A stretch of DNA of 56,398 nucleotides from Acidimicrobiia bacterium (GCA_048595045.1 JBMDXS010000241.1:1-56398), one strand, 5' to 3'. Shown: positions 36,997 to 45,586, counted from the stretch's first letter. Translations and numbers: made by a program. The notes: generated by a model from the sequence alone, not told the origin.

Positions 36997-38466
36997 TCAT
37001 CCTCCTAGGCGACGCAGAAGGTCGGCCGCGTCTTCGGCTTCGTCGATCATGGCTCCAACCAGGTCGGCGCCACCTCGAAGTGGCTCCATCATAGGAACCC
37101 GCTTGAGATGCGATTCGCCCGTGTCGAAGACGAGCGAATCCCAGTTGGCCGCGACCAGGGAATCCGAGAACTCTGCAACACACCGGCCCCGGAAATAGGC
37201 GCGGGTTCGAGTCGGAGGATTCGTCGCTGCTGCGTCGATCTGAACGTCGTCGAAGAGGCGGCGCATCGCACCCCTGTCGGTCAGACGGTGATAGAGCCCC
37301 TTTTCCGGGTCGACGTCGTGATATTGGAGGTCGAGGGCACGCAGCTTGGGGTCGTCCCAGGTGAGGTCGTCCCGGTCGATGTAGCCCTCGAATAGCCGCT
37401 TCTTGGCCACCCAGTCGAGGGTGTCGGCGAGGCCGTCGGGGTTGGTGGCCAGACCCTCCAGGGTCCGCTCCCACTCCTTGATCACCTGGTCCCACACCGG
37501 GTCGTCGAGCTCCTTCTCCACATATTTCGTCAGCCACTCCAGGTAACGGCCCTGCAACTCGAGGGCCGTGGCGGTGCCGCCACCGTCCAGCTCGAGGGGC
37601 CGGCTCAATCCGACGTCGTGGCTGACCTGCCAGCAGGATTCGACCGGGTCGTCGAGATCCAGCGGGTCGGGCAGCGCACCGTCTTCGAGGGCGGCGAGCA
37701 TGAGTGCCGTCGACCCGATCTTCAAGAAGTTCTGATACTCCGAGAGGTTGGCGTCCCCGATGATCACGTGGAGCCTTCGATACTTGGCGGGGTCCCCATG
37801 CGGCTCGTCCCGGGTGTTGATGATGGGCCGCTTCAGAGTGGTCTCGAGGCCGACCTCCTCCTCGAAGAAGTCGGCCCGCTGGGTCAGCTGGAACCCGACC
37901 GCCGGCCGATCGTTCTCCGACCCGACCTTGCCGGCACCGGTGAAGATCTGACGGGTGACGAGGAACGTGGTGGCGAAGCGGATGACGTCGCCGAAGGGCG
38001 TCTCCCGTGACAGCAGATAGTTCTCGTGCGCCCCATAGGAGTTGCCCTTGCCGTCCGAATTGTTCTTGTAGAGGGACACCTTCTTCCCGGCCACCTCGCT
38101 GGCTGCGCGCCCGGCCGCGTTCATCACGACCTCGCCGACCTTGTCGTAGAGGGCAGCCTCCAGCGGGTCGTAACACTCGGGCGCGGAGTATTCGGGGTGG
38201 GCATGATCCACGTAGAGACGAGCGCCATTCGCCAACACCGAGTTGACCACCGCCCCTTCCGGGTCTACCACCCCGAAGGTGTCGTGCCCGAAGCCGCGGG
38301 CGTCCCTGCCCGGTGACTCCTCCTCGTAGGACCATTGCACCTTGACCCGATCGCCGGGATAGCTGTTGACCACCAGGGACGAGGCGACAGCCGGGTTGAA
38401 GCCGATGTCCCCCCTCACCACGATCCCGTACTCGGTCTCGGTGCCGAGCACCTTGTGGATGGCCAT
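36997..38466 (-). CDS. dop: Pup deamidase/depupylase Dop
   Basis: [47 protein letters not shown]. Confidence 0.98.
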   Translation of the reverse strand: MAIHKVLGTETEYGIVVRGDIGFNPAVASSLVVNSYPGDRVKVQWSYEEESPGRDARGFGHDTFGVVDPEGAVVNSVLANGARLYVDHAHPEYSAPECYDPLEAALYDKVGEVVMNAAGRAASEVAGKKVSLYKNNSDGKGNSYGAHENYLLSRETPFGDVIRFATTFLVTRQIFTGAGKVGSENDRPAVGFQLTQRADFFEEEVGLETTLKRPIINTRDEPHGDPAKYRRLHVIIGDANLSEYQNFLKIGSTALMLAALEDGALPDPLDLDDPVESCWQVSHDVGLSRPLELDGGGTATALELQGRYLEWLTKYVEKELDDPVWDQVIKEWERTLEGLATNPDGLADTLDWVAKKRLFEGYIDRDDLTWDDPKLRALDLQYHDVDPEKGLYHRLTDRGAMRRLFDDVQIDAAATNPPTRTRAYFRGRCVAEFSDSLVAANWDSLVFDTGESHLKRVPMMEPLRGGADLVGAMIDEAEDAADLLRRLGG

Positions 38467-40193
38467 CAGAGATATTGACCCGCGGAGACCTTCTCGATCA
38501 GTCGACTCTCGTCGTCGCCATCTACCAGAGTGCGGACGTGGACGATCCGCTCTCCCTTCTTGCCCGAGACCCTGGCCCAGTCGTCGGGGTTGGTGGTGTT
38601 GGGTAGGTCTTCCTGCTCCCGGAACTCCTGTTTGATGGCATCGATCAGGTCGGAGAGACGCACACCGGGCTCGCCGCCGGCGATCTGCCTCTTGATGGCG
38701 TCCTTCTTTGCCCGTCTCACGATGTTCTCGATCATCGCGCCCGACGCGAAGTCTTTGAAATACAGCACCTCGCGGTCCCCCGACGCATAGGTGACCTCCA
38801 GGAACCGGTTCTCGTCCGACTCCGAGTACATGGCGGCAACCGTCGCCTCGATGTAGGCCTCGATCACCTTGGCCTTGTCGCCGTCGTGGTCCGCCATGGC
38901 GTCGGCGTCGAGCGGGGTCTCGTCACTGATGTAGATACGGAAGATCTCGCGGGCGGCCTGGGTGTCGGGACGGTTGATTCTGATCTTCACGTCGAGCCGG
39001 CCGGGCCGGAGGATGGCCGGGTCGATGAGGTCCTCACGGTTGGAGGCGCCGATGACCACCACGTTCTTCAACGATTCCACGCCATCGAGCTCGGACAGGA
39101 GCTGGGGCACGATGGTCGACTCGACATCGGAGCTGATGCCGGTTCCCCTGGTGCGGAACAGCGAATCCATCTCGTCGAAGAAGACGATGACCGGCACGCC
39201 CTCGTCGGACTTCTCCTTGGCCCGTTGGAAGATGAGGCGGATCTGCCGCTCGGTCTCACCCACCCATTTGTTGAGCAGCTCGGGGCCCTTGATGTTGAGG
39301 AAATAGGAGCGCACATCGGGGCTGCCGGTCTGCTCCGATACCTTCTTGGCCAGACTGTTGGCCACCGCCTTGGCGATCAGCGTCTTGCCACATCCGGGGG
39401 GCCCGTAGAGGAGGATCCCCTTCGGCGGGTCGAGCTCGTATTCCCGGAACAGGTCCTTGTGCATGTAGGGAAGCTCGACGGTGTCACGGATCTGCTCGAT
39501 CTGATCGGCAAGGCCACCGACGTCCTCGTACGTGATGTCCGGCACCTCCTCGAGGACCAGTTCCTCGACTTCGGGGCGTTCCATCTTCTCCAGGATCAAC
39601 CCGGTCTTGGTGTCGATCCGGACATAGTCGCCGGGGCGGAGCTTCACGTCGATCATGGTCTCGGAGCGCTGGAGGACCCTCTCCTCGTCGGCGTGGGCGA
39701 AGACGACGACCCTGCCGTCGGTGAGCACCTCCCGCACCCGCAGAACGTCGCCGGCGGGCTCGAAATGGCGGATATCGATGACGTTGAAGGCTTCGTTGAG
39801 CAGCACCTCCTGGCCGACCAGGAGCTTCTTCACCTCGACGTTGGGTTGGGCGGCGACCCGCAGCTTGCGGCTCCCGGTCATGATGTCGAGGGTCCCGTCG
39901 TCGTTGACCTGGAGGACGGTGCCGAAGTTGTTGGGCGGGGAGGTGAGCTTCTCGACCTCCTCCCGCAGCACACCGAGCTGCTCGCGGGCCTCCTCCAGGA
40001 CGGCGGAGAGCTTGTCGTTCTGAGTCATGGCCCGGTCGAGACGCTCCCTCATCCGGGTCAGCTCGTTCTCGAGCTCCTCGACGCGGGCCGGAGCGTCCCG
40101 GACTCGACGACGCAGGACGGCGATCTCCTCTTCGAGGGCAGCGACCACTCCGCGCAGCTGAGTGGCGTCGTCCGCTCTCCGTCCTTCGTCCAC
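38466..40193 (-). CDS. arc: Proteasome ATPase ARC/Mpa
   Basis: N-terminal coiled coil, [23 protein letters not shown]-terminal GQYL; AGGAGG SD. Confidence 0.98.
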   Translation of the reverse strand: MDEGRRADDATQLRGVVAALEEEIAVLRRRVRDAPARVEELENELTRMRERLDRAMTQNDKLSAVLEEAREQLGVLREEVEKLTSPPNNFGTVLQVNDDGTLDIMTGSRKLRVAAQPNVEVKKLLVGQEVLLNEAFNVIDIRHFEPAGDVLRVREVLTDGRVVVFAHADEERVLQRSETMIDVKLRPGDYVRIDTKTGLILEKMERPEVEELVLEEVPDITYEDVGGLADQIEQIRDTVELPYMHKDLFREYELDPPKGILLYGPPGCGKTLIAKAVANSLAKKVSEQTGSPDVRSYFLNIKGPELLNKWVGETERQIRLIFQRAKEKSDEGVPVIVFFDEMDSLFRTRGTGISSDVESTIVPQLLSELDGVESLKNVVVIGASNREDLIDPAILRPGRLDVKIRINRPDTQAAREIFRIYISDETPLDADAMADHDGDKAKVIEAYIEATVAAMYSESDENRFLEVTYASGDREVLYFKDFASGAMIENIVRRAKKDAIKRQIAGGEPGVRLSDLIDAIKQEFREQEDLPNTTNPDDWARVSGKKGERIVHVRTLVDGDDESRLIEKVSAGQYL

Positions 40194-40227
40194 GGGCTTC
40201 CTCCTGGCCTTGGTCGCCTTGTTTAGC

Positions 40228-40233
40228 AGTATA
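40228..40233 (-). promoter_or_regulatory. Housekeeping -10 hexamer (TATACT) upstream of arc
   Basis: TATACT lies 34 nt before the arc GTG, followed by an AGGAGG SD. Confidence 0.55.
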
Positions 40234-40285
40234 CGAATCGGTGTCTGTTGTTCCCCGGGTTGTGAGCCCGAGGGACATGACGTCG

Positions 40286-40308
40286 ATCATGCCACCCGAT
40301 CCCGACAA
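40286..40308 (-). promoter_or_regulatory. PafBC/RecA-NDp-like promoter upstream of arc
   Basis: Minus strand reads TTGTCGG-GATCGGGTGG-CATGAT against TGTCGG-N10-TANNNT (one mismatch). Confidence 0.5.
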
Positions 40309-40353
40309 AAGAGAGCGTCGGCGCGCCTGCAGCTCGACTTGAGGGACAACGGG

Positions 40354-41142
40354 TCAGGGCTGAGGCCTCCTGGCCGTCTTCCTCATGAAGACGAGGAAAC
40401 CGGTGTGCCCGATCATGTTGTGCTCGGGACGCACTGACCGCCCGCTGACGTTCCAGTCGCGTGCCAGGAACTCCTTGACCTCGATCTCGGTGAACACACC
40501 GGTGGCCCGTCCGGCCTCGACCAGGGTTTGGACCTGGATCACCGTGGGCAGGTAGGCGGCCAGGATCCCCCCGCTGGGCTGATGGGTCGCGGCAGCCTCG
40601 AGCACGTGCCATGGCTCGGGCAGGTCGAGGACGATGCGGCCAGGGGCGACGTCCTCCATCACATCGACAACGTCCCCGACTCTGAGCTCGACGTTGTCGG
40701 GCACCTGGCCGTACCAGCGACCGACAGCTCTACGGGCGTGGGCGGCATGATCCTCTCGCAGCTCGACACTCACCACACGGCCATCCGGGCCAACCGCCCG
40801 GCTCAAGCCGATGGTTAGCGCTCCCGACCCGGAGCCGGCCTCGAGAACCGTCATCCCGGGACCGATGTCGGCATAGACGAGGATCGGGCCAAGGTCCTTC
40901 GGATACACGACCTGGGCGCCCCTCTTCATCTTGAGTACGAAGTCGGCCAGGCGCGGCCGCAACAACAGGAGATAGGCCCCGGTCGATGACGTGACCCAGC
41001 TGCCGTCCTCCTGTCCGATCAGGTCGCGGTGGGCGACTGAGCCCTCGTGATATTGAAAGGTGCGATCAGGGTTGAGGTCGAGGAGGAACTGACGTCCCTT
41101 CGAGTCGATGAGGAGGGCAGGATCACCCGCCTCCAGCCTCAT
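40354..41142 (-). CDS. trmI: tRNA (adenine(58)-N1)-methyltransferase
   Basis: MKRGAQVVYPKD, LEAGSGSGALT, LDLPEPW, GHTGFL; usual position upstream of arc. Confidence 0.96.
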   Translation of the reverse strand: MRLEAGDPALLIDSKGRQFLLDLNPDRTFQYHEGSVAHRDLIGQEDGSWVTSSTGAYLLLLRPRLADFVLKMKRGAQVVYPKDLGPILVYADIGPGMTVLEAGSGSGALTIGLSRAVGPDGRVVSVELREDHAAHARRAVGRWYGQVPDNVELRVGDVVDVMEDVAPGRIVLDLPEPWHVLEAAATHQPSGGILAAYLPTVIQVQTLVEAGRATGVFTEIEVKEFLARDWNVSGRSVRPEHNMIGHTGFLVFMRKTARRPQP

Positions 41143-41234
41143 GAGAGCAGGGCGAACACCGTGACGCCTAGGCCGAGCACCATGGAGATGACGACCACCC
41201 AGATGACGACTCGAACGAACTGCTTATTCTGCAT
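41139..41234 (-). CDS. 31-aa single-TM microprotein
   Basis: Not in the ORF track. MQNKQFVRVVIWVVVISMVLGLGVTVFALLS; TGA overlaps the trmI ATG (ATGA). Confidence 0.65.
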   Translation of the reverse strand: MQNKQFVRVVIWVVVISMVLGLGVTVFALLS

Positions 41235-41273
41235 GGGACTGATAGCTCATCGGTGGAGGGCAACGGTAGACAG

Positions 41274-41531
41274 ATGAATTGGCTCTTACGTCTCTTCGGG
41301 ATACGGGACCTGACGGCTGCCAGCGTCGACCGAACCCTGCGCGGGATACGCACCGGCGATCAGCGCCAGCTCTACACCGGTCTCAGCCTGGCGGCCCTCG
41401 CCTATATGAGGAGGACCCGCCCCCGGCGCACGCTCATCTTCCGGAGAAGCCTCCCCGAAGGTTCCGCCCTGGTCATCCATCACAAACGGCGCGGCGACCC
41501 GAAGATCGAGGTGATCCGGCCCCCACGTTGA
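41274..41531 (+). CDS. Hypothetical basic protein (85 aa)
   Basis: MNWLLRLFGIRDL...; fills the intergenic space and has GC3-rich codons. No recognisable domain. Confidence 0.6.
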   Translation: MNWLLRLFGIRDLTAASVDRTLRGIRTGDQRQLYTGLSLAALAYMRRTRPRRTLIFRRSLPEGSALVIHHKRRGDPKIEVIRPPR

Positions 41532-41586
41532 CATTCTGTGAGGGTTTCCCTTCAGCCCACGAAGAGCAACCCGCACCGAACGCTGT

Positions 41587-41781
41587 TCAAACCCGGTAGA
41601 CCTCGACCAGAGTCTTGTTCCTGGCTCCCCGACGGCGGCCGAAGACGAAGGCGAGGAGGATGAGGACCGCCACCACCACCCCGGCGACGACAGCAGTGTC
41701 GCGCGCCGACTCCCTCGTCTGGTTGACTGCCGAGACGATCTCGTTGGCCTTCGCCTCGATGTCCTGCCTAGTGATTGTCAC
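41587..41781 (-). CDS. Small tail-anchored membrane protein (DUF3618/YqjD-like layout)
   Basis: ITRQDIEAK helix, one TM segment, basic GRRRG tail; GGAGG SD; overlaps the upstream holin-like gene. Confidence 0.75.
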   Translation of the reverse strand: MTITRQDIEAKANEIVSAVNQTRESARDTAVVAGVVVAVLILLAFVFGRRRGARNKTLVEVYRV

Positions 41782-42070
41782 GGTTCATCCTCCAACCGAC
41801 GAGGGCCGCTCCACCGGCGGCGACCAATGAAGTGATGAATCGCGCCAGCACGACCCACCAGGCTCCGGAAGGGAGCAGCATCTTCAACGCGCTGTAGACG
41901 GCCAGGACCATGAAGAAGGCCCCGAAGGCGATCGCCATCGCCCCCCCGAGGCCCTTTCCCGCCTGACGACCGAGCTGTTTGGCCGGCTCGAGTGTCTCCT
42001 GACGCAGGTACTCCCGCGACATGTCGATCAGCTCGTTCGTCAGTTGCGGGATCTCACGAGGGTCGGCCAT
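41768..42070 (-). CDS. Two-TM membrane protein, actinobacterial holin-X/YqjE-like
   Basis: ELIDMSREYLRQETLEPAKQLG followed by two TM helices. Start trimmed to MADPRE. Confidence 0.75.
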   Translation of the reverse strand: MADPREIPQLTNELIDMSREYLRQETLEPAKQLGRQAGKGLGGAMAIAFGAFFMVLAVYSALKMLLPSGAWWVVLARFITSLVAAGGAALVGWRMNRDNH

Positions 42071-42090
42071 CGGGGTGCAGGCTAACAACG

Positions 42091-42110
42091 CCTGGACAGG
42101 CCTGAACAGG
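42091..42110. promoter_or_regulatory. Tandem 10-bp palindromic units between divergent promoters (candidate operator)
   Basis: CCTGGACAGG CCTGAACAGG, i.e. two CCTG-N2-CAGG units. Confidence 0.4.
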
Positions 42111-42129
42111 CCGGTATGGTGCACCGCCA

Positions 42130-43419
42130 GTGAAGTTCTTCCGGTCGCTGACCTCACTGGGGCCCAGGTACCTGGCCCTATGGGTGGGCCAGGCGGTCAG
42201 CCATTTCGGGACATACGTCGCCTGGGTCACCCTCCCCTTCCTTGTCCTGGACATCCAGCAGAAGAGTGGGATCGAGTCGACTCTCGACTTCGCCATCACC
42301 TATGCCCTGGAAACTGCCCCGGCCCTGCTGCTTGGGTTGTTCGTCGGGGTCTTCATCGACAGGTGGCCCCTGCGCCCGGTGATGGTGGCGACCGACCTGC
42401 TACGGGCATCGGCGTTCTTCTACCTAGCCGCCTCATACGGCTCCTATGGGACCGGCACCGTGTTCCTCATGGCGTTCCTGGTCGGATCGTTCACTACTTT
42501 CTTCGACGGTGCGTTGTTCGCCCTCATCCCCTCCTTGGTCCCGAGAAAGCGGCTGGCCGACGCCAATAGCTTCGTGGCAGCCAGCCAGCAGGCGAACTTC
42601 GCGATAGGTGCCCTCGCCGGCGGTCTCTTCGCCTTCGTCTCCGGTGGGCCCGCCCTCGGTCTATACGTAAACGGCCTGAGCTTCGTCGTGTCCGCCCTGT
42701 TCCTGATCGGGGTCGGCCGGGTGGTTCACCACCGCAGCCCGTTGGACGCCCGATCGTCCTTCTTCACGGAAGCCATGGACGGTTTGCGCTACATCTGGGC
42801 TGAGCCCCGGCTACGGATCACGACGATCGCCGCCGCGGTGCCCAACTTCGTCATGGGCTTCATCGAGGCGACCCACGTCCTCCTCTTCTACGTGATCCTC
42901 GCTGCCTCCAACACTGCTCAGATCGGGATCCTGGTAGCCGCCATGGGGATCGGCGGGATCGTGGGAGCCCTGGTGGCCCCGCCGGCTATCCGCAGAGTCG
43001 GGTTGGGTCGCACCATGACCTTCGGCATGCTGGTGACGGGAGTCTTGCTCTTTGTCGTCCTCTTCACCACGTACGGCGTGCTCGCCCTTGCCTTGAACGT
43101 GGGTTGGATGATCGGTGTCTCTCTGATCAACGTGTCACTGGCCACGATCAGACAGCACTATGCCGACGACAACATGCTGGGCAGAGTCGTCACCGTGAGC
43201 AGGGCCATAGGCTGGGCCACCCTCCCCATCGGTGCCCTCGTCGGAGGATGGCTGGGGTCGTCGGAGGAATCCCTGCCCCTGGTCGCCCGCATATTCACCG
43301 CCGTGCTGGTGATGACCGCCTTATGGTTGGTGACGACAGTGGTCTGGAAAGACACCTTCGGCCCCAACTTCGAGGGCAGACACAGCCGACCTGAGGGCAG
43401 CCCGGCGGAGGCGGCATGA
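42130..43419 (+). CDS. MFS transporter (DHA3/macrolide-efflux-like)
   Basis: LWVGQAVS, GVFIDRW motif A, ~12 TM segments, MLGRV. Confidence 0.92.
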   Translation: MKFFRSLTSLGPRYLALWVGQAVSHFGTYVAWVTLPFLVLDIQQKSGIESTLDFAITYALETAPALLLGLFVGVFIDRWPLRPVMVATDLLRASAFFYLAASYGSYGTGTVFLMAFLVGSFTTFFDGALFALIPSLVPRKRLADANSFVAASQQANFAIGALAGGLFAFVSGGPALGLYVNGLSFVVSALFLIGVGRVVHHRSPLDARSSFFTEAMDGLRYIWAEPRLRITTIAAAVPNFVMGFIEATHVLLFYVILAASNTAQIGILVAAMGIGGIVGALVAPPAIRRVGLGRTMTFGMLVTGVLLFVVLFTTYGVLALALNVGWMIGVSLINVSLATIRQHYADDNMLGRVVTVSRAIGWATLPIGALVGGWLGSSEESLPLVARIFTAVLVMTALWLVTTVVWKDTFGPNFEGRHSRPEGSPAEAA

Positions 43420-43961
43420 GCGATCACACTGGCCTTCACCTCAGCAAGGCCGAGTTGGAGGCCGGGCTGCCGGCTCTGGCCCTCAGCCCGCGGGACCCCG
43501 GGACGATCGAGATGATCGTGGTCCGGCCCAGCGAGGACGAGCGACTCACTCCGTCCACGGTCGAGATCAGCGCCGAATTGGGTGTGCACGGCGACCACTG
43601 GTCGGTTGGCAAATACCGCGAATACCGTGACACACAGATCGCGATCATCAACTCCCGCCTTCTGGATCTCGTCTCCGGTGGCAGGGACCGGTGGGCGCTG
43701 GCCGGGGACAACATCGTCGCCGACCTCGATCTGAGTCGGGTCAATCTGGGGCCGGGTCAGAAACTCGAGATGGGGTCTGCGGTGGTCGAGATCACCGACA
43801 CCCCTCACGAGGGCTGCAGCAAGTTCGCGGCCAGATTCGGCGCCCAGGCGCTCCGCTTCGTCAACGTCGGCCGGGGCAAGGAGATGCGGCTGCGCGGGAT
43901 CTACGCCCGGGTCATCGAGGATGGCACGATCTCCGTCGGAGATCCCATCGGCAAACTCTGA
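43416..43961 (+). CDS. MOSC domain protein (YiiM-like)
   Basis: GVHGDHW, AGDN, PHEGCSKFAARFG, RGIYARVIEDG; ATG overlaps the MFS TGA. Confidence 0.88.
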   Translation: MSDHTGLHLSKAELEAGLPALALSPRDPGTIEMIVVRPSEDERLTPSTVEISAELGVHGDHWSVGKYREYRDTQIAIINSRLLDLVSGGRDRWALAGDNIVADLDLSRVNLGPGQKLEMGSAVVEITDTPHEGCSKFAARFGAQALRFVNVGRGKEMRLRGIYARVIEDGTISVGDPIGKL

Positions 43962-43968
43962 GAGACGG

Positions 43969-44757
43969 TCAGCCTCCGCTCTGCGACTGCACCCTGATCG
44001 TCTCGACATCGTCCGTGATCTCGAGCTCCCACGTCTGGTCATCGAGATCCCATGTCGTGGCAATCTCGGTGCCGGCCAGCTCGGAGTGAAACTTGCCGAA
44101 GGTCCCGGTGACTGTGATGAACGCATCGAGACATTCCTGCGATCCGGGTTGGAGGAGATGACAGAGGTGGATGAACAGACCACTCGACGCCGCGTCGTTT
44201 AGCGAGGCTCGGGCGAAGACGGCGTGCACCGACCCGTCAGTAGGGTCGTAGGCGCCGGCGAGCACGGCCGTGCCTTCGAAGCGATACAAGAAGCTGTCCA
44301 GGCGGCCCGGCTCGGGTGCGGTCATGATTCCTCCTTCTATCGACGGAGGGTCACCTACCTCGTTCCATCTCTCGGTGAGGTCGACCAGTCTCACACCGAG
44401 CGAATCTGCTGCCGGCTCTGCCGAGACGGTCTGGGCCGTGGATGGATCTGCACGGACCGAGCCGGTCGTGTCGTCGCCGGCGGCCAGGACCACGCCCGCC
44501 ACCAGGACCACCGCGGCGCCCACTCCGGCGACCCGATAGATCGAGGGAATCTGGGCGAGGAGCACGCCCCATCCGGCTCGAGCCTCCGGTGCCGGCTCCG
44601 AATCTTCCTGGAGGTCGACAGGCTGCTCTGTTTCGCCCCATTCCTCGGCGGGGGCATCGATCAGCTCGGTCTTGACCATGTCGTATTCCCTTTGTGTGAT
44701 CTTGCCTTCGTCCAACATCACGGCGAGATCTCGCAGGTCATCGAGTCGGCTGCTCAC
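43969..44757 (-). CDS. Membrane protein with N-terminal SHOCT-like motif, one TM segment and an extracytoplasmic domain
   Basis: LDDLRDLAVMLDEGKITQREYDMVKTELI (SHOCT-like); TM VAGVGAAVVLVAGVVLAA. Start moved to GTG 44757, which has GGAG upstream. Confidence 0.75.
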   Translation of the reverse strand: MSSRLDDLRDLAVMLDEGKITQREYDMVKTELIDAPAEEWGETEQPVDLQEDSEPAPEARAGWGVLLAQIPSIYRVAGVGAAVVLVAGVVLAAGDDTTGSVRADPSTAQTVSAEPAADSLGVRLVDLTERWNEVGDPPSIEGGIMTAPEPGRLDSFLYRFEGTAVLAGAYDPTDGSVHAVFARASLNDAASSGLFIHLCHLLQPGSQECLDAFITVTGTFGKFHSELAGTEIATTWDLDDQTWELEITDDVETIRVQSQSGG

Positions 44758-44783
44758 GGTGCTCCAATCGGAGGTCTGATCTG

Positions 44784-44811
44784 TTATCGGCATCTCGATG
44801 CCGGGCAATAG
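44784..44811 (-). promoter_or_regulatory. Putative sigma28 (FliA/WhiG)-type promoter
   Basis: Perfect GCCGATAA -10 element; CTATT 15 nt upstream is a weak -35; 26 nt before the GTG. Confidence 0.4.
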
Positions 44812-44896
44812 ATCGGACTAGTGCGGCGCACTCGCTGGAGAAATGACGCATCCTCGGCCTTGGAGAACACTGCGAACGCGCTTCAATGCTCAGTTG

Positions 44897-45052
44897 ATGG
44901 TGAGGAAAGCGGCGTTCCTCGGGCTGGTGGGGTTCCTGGTGCTGCTCCTCGTCGCCTCCCTGGCCCTGGCCAGCACCCACGACGGCTGTCGGATGATCAT
45001 GACCCGGGTCGTGTGCGAGCCGGGGAGAATTCTGGTGGTGCCCCCGGTCTGA
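44897..45052 (+). CDS. Possible small secreted peptide (51 aa)
   Basis: MVRKAAFLGLVGFLVLLLVASLALA|STHDGCRMIMTRVVCEPGRILVVPPV: Sec-type signal peptide with an AxA site and two Cys. Confidence 0.45.
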   Translation: MVRKAAFLGLVGFLVLLLVASLALASTHDGCRMIMTRVVCEPGRILVVPPV

Positions 45053-45122
45053 GCCCGGGCCGCCTACATCCACCCCGCCGGTAGCCTCGGTGTCTTGGAC
45101 CATGACCGATCAGGAGATCCGC

Positions 45123-45509
45123 ATGCCCGACTCAGAGTTAGTCAGTGTCCGCTACATGGTCGATGACGTGGACCAGTCGATCGCCTTCTACACCGGGGTC
45201 CTCGGATTCGAGATCCTGACCAACTTCGCCCCGGCATTCGCCGACGTCAAGCGAGGCAACCTGCGGTTGCTTCTGGCCGGGCCAACCAGCTCGGCGGGGC
45301 GTCCGATGCAGGACGGGGCCAAGCCCGGCCCGGGTGGCTGGACTCGGATCCACTTCATCGTCGACGACCTGGACGCCGAAGTCGCCCGGCTCCGTGAGGC
45401 CGGCGGGGACTTTCGCAACGACATCGTCGAGGGACCGGGAGGAAGACAGATCCTTCTCGAGGACCCCTCGGGCAATTTCGTCGAGCTCTTCGAGCCGGCC
45501 GAGCGCTGA
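45123..45509 (+). CDS. VOC/glyoxalase family protein
   Basis: VRYMVDDVDQSIAFY, IHFIVDDL, GPGGRQILLEDPSGNFVELF; AGGAG SD before ATG 45123. Confidence 0.93.
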   Translation: MPDSELVSVRYMVDDVDQSIAFYTGVLGFEILTNFAPAFADVKRGNLRLLLAGPTSSAGRPMQDGAKPGPGGWTRIHFIVDDLDAEVARLREAGGDFRNDIVEGPGGRQILLEDPSGNFVELFEPAER

Positions 45510-45586
45510 ACCAATTGAAGGGACGCTCACTCGGTTTGCAGACTTCGCAGAACGCTGACTGGGCTCCGGGTCGGGTGTTTCGCCGG

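Noticed and set aside
39484-40308. 274-aa alternate-frame ORF with an ATG 7 nt after the CATGAT hexamer upstream of arc
   Set aside because: It is Arg/Gly/Pro-rich off-frame sequence overlapping arc, and arc has its own strong SD; no support for a real protein.
41768-42070. Holin-like gene as evidence of a prophage
   Set aside because: No endolysin, structural or replication genes; this family is commonly chromosomal.
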